A DNA stretch of 64,000 nt from Polyangiales bacterium (GTDB lineage Bacteria > Myxococcota_A > Polyangia > Polyangiales > Polyangiaceae): contig JBBRNJ010000023.1 of NCBI GenBank assembly GCA_038230375.1, positions 32,001 through 96,000 of the forward strand. The letters are read 5' to 3'. Of this stretch, positions 1 to 7,234 are shown piece after piece. The stretch's first letter is position 1; each line of letters begins with the position of its first letter. The notes beneath the pieces are model-generated. The model saw only the letters and a list, made by a program, of their open reading frames with translations. It made no database searches and was not told the origin of the DNA. The position numbers were made by a program, and so were the translations under genes.

Positions 1-2
1 CC

Positions 3-374
3 ATCGGCGGCGTCCCCGTGGCCAAGCTGCTCTCCGCGGAGAAGCTCAACGAGGTCGTGGAGAACACCAAGAAGGGTGGCGCGACGCTCACCGGCCTCAT
101 CGGCACCAGCGCGTGGCTCGCGCCCGGCGCCGGCACCGCCCTCATGGTCGAGGCGATCGTCCGCAACCAGAGCCGCCTCCTCCCTTGCTCGGTCGAGCTC
201 AAGGGCGAGTTCGGCGTGAAGGACGCGTTCGTCGGCGTGCCCGTGAAGCTCACGTCGAAGGGCGCAGAGTCCATCCACGAGTTCGAGCTCTCGGAGTCGG
301 AGAAGAAGGCCTTCGCGGCCTCCGTTGCTGCCAACACGGAGCTGATGAACATCGCCCGCGGCTTCCTGGGCTGA
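3..374 (+). CDS. mdh: Malate dehydrogenase (LDH-like), C-terminal part; 5' truncated by window
   Basis: IGGVPV...KKGGA...GTSAWLAP...LLPCSV.L.GEFG...FVGVPVKL...ELSESEKKAF matches the LDH/MDH C-terminal domain. Confidence 0.9.
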   Translation: MGGVPVAKLLSAEKLNEVVENTKKGGATLTGLIGTSAWLAPGAGTALMVEAIVRNQSRLLPCSVELKGEFGVKDAFVGVPVKLTSKGAESIHEFELSESEKKAFAASVAANTELMNIARGFLG

Positions 375-390
375 ACCCAGACCCAGCTGA

Positions 391-437
391 AAACGCAGCC
401 GCCCGTGATGCAGACGCGTCACGGGCGGTTCGCGTTT
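391..437 (+). terminator. Intrinsic terminator-like hairpin after mdh
   Basis: AGCCGCCCGTGATGC / GCGTCACGGGCGGTT stem (2 G-U pairs), flanked by AAACGC / GCGTTT. Confidence 0.7.
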
Positions 438-542
438 AAGCGTCGAGGCCGAGGCCGAGGTCGAATGCGTGAATGTCCTCCTTGCGTGCTGCATCACAAT
501 CCGCGTCGCCAGTTCGGGGCGGCCCCTTCCGCGAGATGCACC

Positions 543-833
543 ATGCACACATTCGATATGTCCGATGAGATGCCCGACACACGCCGCGATGGCTTCCAGC
601 ATGATGAGTCCGGAGAGGGGTCCGGTCCGCTCTCGATACGTGGGCCCCGTGAGCCTCGCTTCGACGAGTCCGAGGCGGCCTGGTTCGACCGACCTTCGTC
701 ACGCCCCAGCGCGCCCCCCTCGATCGAGAAGATCCGCGCAGCGTTTCGCTCCAGCGCTCCTCCCGCGCCCGCTGCGAAGCCCATCGGCGACGAGCTCGTC
801 GACGAGTGGTTGACCGCGAAGCGTCGCTCGTGA
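543..833 (+). CDS. Small hypothetical protein, Pro/Ser-rich and acidic
   Basis: ATG at 543 (alternatives 558, 570); fills the intergenic gap; no recognised domain. Confidence 0.5.
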   Translation: MHTFDMSDEMPDTRRDGFQHDESGEGSGPLSIRGPREPRFDESEAAWFDRPSSRPSAPPSIEKIRAAFRSSAPPAPAAKPIGDELVDEWLTAKRRS

Positions 834-873
834 CCTGAGCCGCGGCGCTCGTCCGTGGTAGCTTCCCGTCGGC

Positions 874-1680
874 ATGAAACGGAAGCTGGCGTCCGCGTTC
901 GAGGAGAAGAGCATCGATGCGCTCACCATCGAGGACGAGCGCTCGTTCCGCCACGTCGGCCTCTACTCCGACCTCAAGGAGATCCTGCGCCGCGAGCGAT
1001 ACCGCTTCCGCGTCATGCGCGGGCACGCCGCCACCTGGGATCGCGCGCTCTTCCTGAACCTCACGTTCTGGAGCCCCGATGCCGGTGGCGACATCCTCGT
1101 CAGCGAAACGCTCGCCGCGGACGTGGTCACGCACGTGGCGTGGCACCACCTTGCCGCGCGCGCGCTGAAGGGACGCGCAGGCTCCCCGAGCGTCGAGTCG
1201 CTCTTCCTTGGCGAGGCGATCGCGAGCGCGTTCGATCTGTACCTCGTCGGGCGCCTCCTGGGGCACGCGCCAAAGTCGGAGTTCCTGGCAACGCAGGTCC
1301 CCGCCATGTCCGAGGCCACCGAGGCCGCCGGTGTCAGCGCCGACGACTTCGCCGCGCTGCTCGCCACGATCGCACGGGACCCAGACCGCGCGTTCGTCGA
1401 TCTCCGAGCGCTGCTCTACGACGCCACGCTCGCGCTTCACGCCGCGAAGAACGCCGAGCAAGCATCACGCGCGCTCGCCCGCTTCGACGCGCACCGCTTT
1501 GGCGTGTTGCTTCATCGCTACGAGCTCTCCAACTGGGTCCTCTATGCGCGTGCCTACGGACGTCCCGCGCCAGACCCAGCCGCGCGCGCCGTGGACCGCG
1601 CGCTGCGGAAGAAGTCGCTCGGGCTCGACTGGCTCATCACCGAATGGGTCACGCCCGCGCTGCAGGGCGGTGCCCGCTGA
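874..1680 (+). CDS. Hypothetical protein with HxxxH...E (zincin-like) motif
   Basis: 268-aa ORF with high third-position GC; THVAWHH followed by GEAIA. Confidence 0.7.
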   Translation: MKRKLASAFEEKSIDALTIEDERSFRHVGLYSDLKEILRRERYRFRVMRGHAATWDRALFLNLTFWSPDAGGDILVSETLAADVVTHVAWHHLAARALKGRAGSPSVESLFLGEAIASAFDLYLVGRLLGHAPKSEFLATQVPAMSEATEAAGVSADDFAALLATIARDPDRAFVDLRALLYDATLALHAAKNAEQASRALARFDAHRFGVLLHRYELSNWVLYARAYGRPAPDPAARAVDRALRKKSLGLDWLITEWVTPALQGGAR

Positions 1681-1848
1681 GCACTTCCCTGTCGCCTCGC
1701 TCGCGCGACAGGTGAGCAAGAGAGGCGGGGTGGACGCGATCCAGTTGCGGTGTGAAAATCTCATGTAGGTGTAGTTGCGCACAGGAGACTCCACCGCAAA
1801 ACACTGCGATTTCTCGCCGCGCAGCGTGTGGCTTGGCGACTTCCACGC

Positions 1849-1863
1849 GGGCACCAATTCTGC
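1849..1863 (+). promoter_or_regulatory. Putative sigma54 -24/-12 promoter
   Basis: GGGCAC-CAATT-CTGC (GG-N10-GC), 13 nt before ATG 1877. Confidence 0.45.
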
Positions 1864-1876
1864 AGTGGTAGCGGAC

Positions 1877-2815
1877 ATGAGCCGCTCCCTCCTCATCCTC
1901 GCCTCTGTCTCTCTCCTCTCCCTCGCGGTCGGCTGCGGCGACGCATCCGCTCCGGCGTTCCGCAAAGAGGGCACCATGGGACAGGGGACGGGCAGCGGCT
2001 CCGGCACCCCCAGCAACGCGGGTGACCCTTCGTCCTCGCCGCCATCGTCTGACCCTTCTGCAAACCCGCCCTCCACGCCTCCCGCTCCGCCGCCGTCGGG
2101 CGCGGTGTTCATCCGCGTCGCGAACTTCTTCGCCACCGCGGCTGACGCGTGCGTCTCCACGGATGGCGGCGCGACGTGGGTCGGCCCGCTCATGAAGCAG
2201 CTCGCCGGCAAGTCGCTGGACCCGAACACGGTCTCCGCGCGCACCTCGATGAAGAACGCACACTTCACCATTCGCGCCGTGACCGGCAGCGACTGCAAGA
2301 CGGGCGTTGGCGCCGACGTGAAGACCGACATCCCGGGCGAGTGGCCCGCCACGATCGTCCTTGGCCAGAAGAGCGGCACGCCGGAGACCAAGGTCCTCAT
2401 CGACGAGCCCTCGATCTCCAACACCACCACCTTCGTTCGTCTGGTGCACGCGGCCAACTGGGCCATGGACGCAGACCTGGGCACGAACGACGACGACGGC
2501 AACTACTCCGGCATCTTCGGCGACACCCCGTACCTTGGCACCGCGAAGCAGGGCACGCTCTCGAAGCAGGGCTACGCGACCCTCGATCCGCTCGGCGGCG
2601 CGCCGCTCATCCTGCAGACCACGACCTCGAAGGAGGTCCGCCTGACCATCAATGCCAACACGGACGTGGACGAGAAGTACACGCTCTTCACCGTTGGAAC
2701 CGACAAGCAGACGTCGCTCCTGGCGTGTGATGACGAGGCCACGCCGGGCAACGATCACCTGACGCCGTGCTCGCTCCTCAACGACGGCGACACGCTCGCG
2801 CCTGCGGGAAACTGA
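1877..2815 (+). CDS. Lipoprotein, DUF4397-like beta-sandwich domains
   Basis: Lipobox LAVGC, Pro/Ser linker, repeated FIRVAN / FVRLVHAA strands. Confidence 0.65.
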   Translation: MSRSLLILASVSLLSLAVGCGDASAPAFRKEGTMGQGTGSGSGTPSNAGDPSSSPPSSDPSANPPSTPPAPPPSGAVFIRVANFFATAADACVSTDGGATWVGPLMKQLAGKSLDPNTVSARTSMKNAHFTIRAVTGSDCKTGVGADVKTDIPGEWPATIVLGQKSGTPETKVLIDEPSISNTTTFVRLVHAANWAMDADLGTNDDDGNYSGIFGDTPYLGTAKQGTLSKQGYATLDPLGGAPLILQTTTSKEVRLTINANTDVDEKYTLFTVGTDKQTSLLACDDEATPGNDHLTPCSLLNDGDTLAPAGN

Positions 2816-2848
2816 GCATCGCGACGCTCCCGAGGCGCCCGCCTCAGC

Positions 2849-3064
2849 TCACAGCTCTTCAGACACGATCTTGTGCAGGTCCTCGAGATCCGTGCGCGCA
2901 ATGCGTAGCTTCGAGATCGCCTCGCTGACGAGCTCGGTCACGGTGGTCTTCTCGGCGCGGGGGCCACTGACCGTCTCACGAAGCAGCTTCACGAGCCGCT
3001 CCTCTGCCTCCGCCACCTCGGAGTTCGAGGTCGCGATCTTGGAGAGCAAGAGTTTCTTATCCAT
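2849..3064 (-). CDS. Small helical (coiled-coil-like) hypothetical protein
   Basis: 71-aa ORF with amphipathic helical pattern. Confidence 0.55.
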   Translation of the reverse strand: MDKKLLLSKIATSNSEVAEAEERLVKLLRETVSGPRAEKTTVTELVSEAISKLRIARTDLEDLHKIVSEEL

Positions 3065-3091
3065 GGGAAGCCACCAAAGTTGAGAGGTTTG

Positions 3092-3430
3092 TCAGACGGC
3101 GCGCACACCGGAGAGCAGCGTTGTGACAGCGTCCCAGTCGAATGTGGGGAGGCCCAGGTCCGTGCCGGTGGTCGTCCAGAGCCGACCCACTTCCTTGAGC
3201 GCGTCCATGCGCGTGGGAGCCCACGCAGCGATCGGCGCGGTCTCCGGCACGGAGTTCACGCGGGCGTCGACACACCACTCACCGGGGTCCGCCTCTGTCT
3301 GCTTCTGCCACACGTTGAACGTCAGGCGCACGCCGCTGGACTTCACGTCGTAGACGAACCCGATTCGCGAGCGGAACTGGTTCGTGATCTTGGGGGCGTT
3401 TGGGTCCGCTTTTTCGTTTTTGTCCTTCAT
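3092..3430 (-). CDS. Hypothetical protein
   Basis: ATG at 3430 preceded by GAGG; 112 aa with globular composition. Confidence 0.6.
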   Translation of the reverse strand: MKDKNEKADPNAPKITNQFRSRIGFVYDVKSSGVRLTFNVWQKQTEADPGEWCVDARVNSVPETAPIAAWAPTRMDALKEVGRLWTTTGTDLGLPTFDWDAVTTLLSGVRAV

Positions 3431-3531
3431 GAAACCTCGCAGGCGAGAGAGTGGCGAGCAATCGCGCGCACTTCGCTGCCGAGGGCTCCGGGGGCGCACC
3501 ACACCATCTGGAGGGATGAGGTCATGTGCGC

Positions 3532-3546
3532 TGGCACCGTGATTGC
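3532..3546 (+). promoter_or_regulatory. Sigma54 promoter consensus
   Basis: TGGCAC-CGTGA-TTGC, exact match to TGGCAC-N5-TTGC, upstream of the phosphoesterase gene. Confidence 0.6.
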
Positions 3547-3656
3547 TTTCACCATAACGCTTTCCTCTCTTTCTTGCAACCCGTGGGCCGTCGCGACACT
3601 CGCTGCTTCGTTCACCGCGTACCGAGAAAACAAGCTAATTGGATGCGCAGTCACCC

Positions 3657-4244
3657 ATGCGAACCGCTGCGCATTCTCACAAGCAAACCCACGCGCGCGT
3701 GAAGCTCGTGCTCGGTGACGGAGCGGAGCCAGAGCGGCTACGCATCGCTTGCGTCGCGGACACACATAGCCGCCCGCATCCGGAGCTGGGCGCGCGACTC
3801 GCGGAGCTCTCGCCAGATCGCATCTTTCACGCTGGCGACATCGGTCACCTGGACGTGCTGAAAACGCTCGAGGCGTGCGCGCCCGTCGTCGCGGTGCGCG
3901 GCAACATCGACGGACTCGATATGCCGGATGTGGTCACGATCGACGTGGTCAGCGCGAAGGGGACGGTGCTCCGCATCCTCCTCACGCACATCGCGGTCAA
4001 CGGACCAAAGCTCCGCGCTGACGTCTTGCGGATGGCCAAGGCGGAGGACGCGCAGCTGGTGGTATGTGGGCACTCGCATGTGCCGTTCGCCGCGCACGAT
4101 CGTGGCGTCACCGTGATGAACCCGGGTTCGGTGGGGCCGCGTCGCTTCCAGCTGCCCATCGTCCTGGGCGTGATCGACGTCACCGCTCTTGGCGTGTCGC
4201 TCCGTCACATCGACTGCGAGACTGGCCAGCCCTGGCGACCGTGA
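3657..4244 (+). CDS. YfcE-family metallophosphoesterase
   Basis: Motifs ADTH, HAGD, VRGNID, TH, GHSH, NPGS; start uncertain (3639, 3657 or 3699). Confidence 0.9.
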   Translation: MRTAAHSHKQTHARVKLVLGDGAEPERLRIACVADTHSRPHPELGARLAELSPDRIFHAGDIGHLDVLKTLEACAPVVAVRGNIDGLDMPDVVTIDVVSAKGTVLRILLTHIAVNGPKLRADVLRMAKAEDAQLVVCGHSHVPFAAHDRGVTVMNPGSVGPRRFQLPIVLGVIDVTALGVSLRHIDCETGQPWRP

Positions 4245-4265
4245 CGCTCGCGTGCTCGTGACATC

Positions 4266-4859
4266 TCACTCGAGCGTGAGCGCGCAGCCGAAGGCTTCCG
4301 TGCGCGGCGTTCGCACCTTGCCGCTGGCGAGGGCCTCGTCGAGCGCGTTCTTCAGGTACGGCGTGGCGCCATCCGTGAGATGGCTCTTGTCGGTATCGAT
4401 GCCGCCGCCGTAGAGCACGTGCCCTTCGGCGTCCAGGAGGATGGTGTACGTGGCGTACGTGGCGCCTACTGCGCGTGCGAGCTTGCCGCCGCCGTCGATG
4501 AGCACGGGATACGGATAGCCGCGCGCGCTGGACTCCTTCTGATCGCGCTCGATGGTCGCGCCGGACTCCGAGTCGACGGCGTAGAACGCCACGCCGCGCG
4601 GTCCATAGCTTGCCGCAAGCTCACGCAGGCGAGGGTCGTGCGCCTCCTGGCAGGGACAGTGATGAGAGAAGAACTCGACCACCGTGAACTTTGCGCCGGG
4701 AGCGACGATGGCGTGGTCTGCTCCGTCCGTGCCCTTGCGCATCTCCGCCGTGGAGACGGCCGGCCCTGCGGGTGTGCGCGGGTCCGCGTTGCCGTTGCCT
4801 GCGCATCCGGCGCATGCAGACACCGTGGCGAGCAGAGCGAGAGCTGCGAATCGCGACAT
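4266..4859 (-). CDS. Thioredoxin-fold redoxin (AhpC/TSA-like) lipoprotein
   Basis: Lipoprotein-like signal; VVEFFSHHCPC; YPVLID..G.LA...GAT; YGGGID; C-terminal GC. Confidence 0.8.
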   Translation of the reverse strand: MSRFAALALLATVSACAGCAGNGNADPRTPAGPAVSTAEMRKGTDGADHAIVAPGAKFTVVEFFSHHCPCQEAHDPRLRELAASYGPRGVAFYAVDSESGATIERDQKESSARGYPYPVLIDGGGKLARAVGATYATYTILLDAEGHVLYGGGIDTDKSHLTDGATPYLKNALDEALASGKVRTPRTEAFGCALTLE

Positions 4860-5800
4860 CAGAACCAGGAGTGTACCACCGTAATGGCCGTTCCTGCGCT
4901 TGCTGGCTGGTTCACCCCAAGGCCATCCACCTGCGGCTGCACGGAGAGCGATGTTTGTACTCTCCACGTATCGGAGAGCGGAATGGCCGTGCCCAGCGAG
5001 AGCGCGGGCAGACGGTGCGACGTGTGCGGCGCGTCCTTGCCGTTGATCGTCGCGTTCTCCTCCACGGTGTACGACGCGGCGAGGGCTGCCGCGATCTCGT
5101 GCGGGAAGACGTAGGCCGCCACGGCCTGCGCGGTCCACTGCGGACCCAGGCGCTCGTGGATGGTGGCGTCGCCAGAGCCCACGGTGCGCGCGGTGCGCTG
5201 CGCGACGAGCCCGCTCAAGCCGACGAGCCACGGTCCGAATGCCTGCTCGACGGAAACGCCACCATTGATCTGGAAGGCACCGATACCTGTGGCGCCGGTC
5301 GCGAGCGAGCCGATGTCCTGCGCGTCCGCCGGTTTTCCGGTGGGCACCGTGAGCCCGACAAGCAGCGCGATCCCTGGCACGTACCGCGATGCGCCCGCGC
5401 TGGTGATGTCCCAGCGGCCGCTCGCGTTCACGTCACCGATGCCGCCGCCGAGCTCACCCTTGCCCTGACTCTTGCGATGCGTCTCCACGAACGGCACCAG
5501 CAGCGCGACCTGCACACCTTGAACGATGCGGAGCGCGCCGAAGAGATCCTGCTCGAGATCCAGCTCCGACGAGCCGGGGCGCGCAGGCACGTACGTGCCG
5601 TTCTGATCCCACGAGCCCAGCACCGATGCTGCCTTCACGACGCTGCCCACGAGCGCGCGCTCATGCAACGCGAGCCGCGCAGGCGTGACGGTGCCGCTTC
5701 CAGCGCAGCACGCCTGCGCGTACGCGGGCGTGGCGCGGCACACGAGCCACGCAGCGAGCGCGAGAGGCAGGGCGATATGAGCTGCGCGCTTGAACGACAC
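4859..5800 (-). CDS. Putative outer-membrane beta-barrel transporter with N-terminal vicinal Cys
   Basis: Signal peptide AYA|QACCAG; GGIGD and PTG motifs typical of MetA-pathway-like barrels; terminal Phe; TGATG overlap with the next gene. Confidence 0.7.
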   Translation of the reverse strand: MSFKRAAHIALPLALAAWLVCRATPAYAQACCAGSGTVTPARLALHERALVGSVVKAASVLGSWDQNGTYVPARPGSSELDLEQDLFGALRIVQGVQVALLVPFVETHRKSQGKGELGGGIGDVNASGRWDITSAGASRYVPGIALLVGLTVPTGKPADAQDIGSLATGATGIGAFQINGGVSVEQAFGPWLVGLSGLVAQRTARTVGSGDATIHERLGPQWTAQAVAAYVFPHEIAAALAASYTVEENATINGKDAPHTSHRLPALSLGTAIPLSDTWRVQTSLSVQPQVDGLGVNQPASAGTAITVVHSWF

Positions 5801-5805
5801 GCGTC

Positions 5806-6465
5806 CTAGTCCGTGATCTCGGTCGCCTCGACGACGGCGCGCAGCCGCGCTTCGTCCTCGGGCTTCAGCGGGTCGAAGGCGTACATGAACGAGTAGCCGT
5901 GAGAGTGATGGAGGAAGGCGCACGCGCGCCCCTGCATCATGGTGCCGCTCTCCGCGAAGGCCCAGCGCGTCTCGATGCCCTTCATGTTCTGGAAGCACCG
6001 GCCCGGCGTGCGCGACAGCAGCGAGTACTGGGTGAGCGCCTTCTCCCGCGCGCCTTGCAGCGCCTCTCCATACACGACCAGATCCTGCGACACGGGGTTC
6101 TGGTTCGTGATGAATGCGACGAGCGCGTGCGTCGTCAGCTTGGAGTCAGGCGCAGGCTCCAGGAAGAGGAGCGCCTCGCTGTCCTCGTTGACCTGCAGAT
6201 CGTCGCCATGATGGATGAGGAGCAGGCCAGAGCCGATCCTCACGTCGTGCGTGAGAGCGGGTGCTGGTCGCGGCGTGGGGACCTGCGGGGGGCGCGCGCA
6301 CGCATGGCCGTCCCAGCGTTCGTCGTCGGCGCACGTGGGGTGCGCAGGTGGTGGCGGGATCGTGGCCACGGCGATCGGAGCGCCGGTCACAGGTTGTGCT
6401 TGCTTCGTGCAGCCGCTGATCACGAATGCCAGAATCGCGACGGCGAGCGCTCTCTCCGGACTCAT
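5806..6465 (-). CDS. Hypothetical lipoprotein
   Basis: Lipobox ISGC; Pro-rich linker; ATG at 6465. Confidence 0.6.
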   Translation of the reverse strand: MSPERALAVAILAFVISGCTKQAQPVTGAPIAVATIPPPPAHPTCADDERWDGHACARPPQVPTPRPAPALTHDVRIGSGLLLIHHGDDLQVNEDSEALLFLEPAPDSKLTTHALVAFITNQNPVSQDLVVYGEALQGAREKALTQYSLLSRTPGRCFQNMKGIETRWAFAESGTMMQGRACAFLHHSHGYSFMYAFDPLKPEDEARLRAVVEATEITD

Positions 6466-6514
6466 GACCGCATCGTAGAGCACCTTGGCCGTGGTTCGTA
6501 GCTTGCGCATCGGG

Positions 6515-7234
6515 TCATCGGCGACGCGAGGCGTTGATGGGGATGTCGGGGGGCACCGCGGTGGGGACGAGCGTGGGGGTGGAGGTCGGGGTTTGGGTTG
6601 GGGTGGAGGTCGGGGTTTGGGTGGGGGTGGAGGTCGGGGTTTGGGTTGGGGTGGCGGTTGGGCGCGGGTTGGGGCGATGCGTTGGGACTGCCGTTGGACG
6701 CGCGGTCGGGGTTGCGCTGGGCGTCACAGCCGGCGCTCCTGCGTCGAGGGGCGCAGCGATGGGCTCGTGGTCCGCGTGATCGGGCTTGGCCGGCTTCCAC
6801 GCGGCTGTCGTGTGGCAGTCCTCGCAGGTGGTCGGGAAGTGCGTGTGATCTGGTTGCGTCACCTTTTTTCGCTCGGGCTCGTGGCACCCGAAACAGAGCT
6901 TCGTCGTGCCCTCGAACACCGGTGGCGTGCCCTCGTGACAGTAGAAGCAAGCGGCGCCCACGTGCTTCCCGGTGAGCTCCCACCCAGGATGCATCAGCTG
7001 CGTAGGATGCCACCTCGTCTGCAGGTGACAGTTCGCGCAAGTGGTGGGCTTCTTGCCAACGTGAACAGGATTGGTGACCTCCTCGAAGTCGCGAAGGTGA
7101 CAGGTGGCGCAAAGTTTCGAGGTCGAGGTCGAGGTCGAGGTCGAGGTCGAGGTCGAAGTCGAGGTCGAGGTCGAGGTCGAGCAGGCGGCGATCGCTAGCA
7201 GCAGAAATGCCGTAAATAGAAGCCCCGTTCTCAT
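6515..7234 (-). CDS. Pentaheme c-type cytochrome lipoprotein
   Basis: Lipobox IAAC, (ST)n linker, five CxxCH motifs (CATCH, CANCH, CFYCH, CFGCH, CEDCH), extra His residues, Pro/Thr tail; ATG overlaps the NOX stop (TGATG at 7232-7236). Confidence 0.9.
   Translation of the reverse strand: MRTGLLFTAFLLLAIAACSTSTSTSTSTSTSTSTSTSTSKLCATCHLRDFEEVTNPVHVGKKPTTCANCHLQTRWHPTQLMHPGWELTGKHVGAACFYCHEGTPPVFEGTTKLCFGCHEPERKKVTQPDHTHFPTTCEDCHTTAAWKPAKPDHADHEPIAAPLDAGAPAVTPSATPTARPTAVPTHRPNPRPTATPTQTPTSTPTQTPTSTPTQTPTSTPTLVPTAVPPDIPINASRRR
6576..6654. repeat. 24-bp tandem repeat (about 3 copies) encoding TPTQTPTS
   Basis: GGGGTGGAGGTCGGGGTTTGGGTK x3. Confidence 0.9.
7117..7181. repeat. Hexamer tandem repeat (TCGAGG)n encoding the Ser-Thr linker
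   Basis: About 10.5 units, one TCGAAG variant. Confidence 0.95.
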
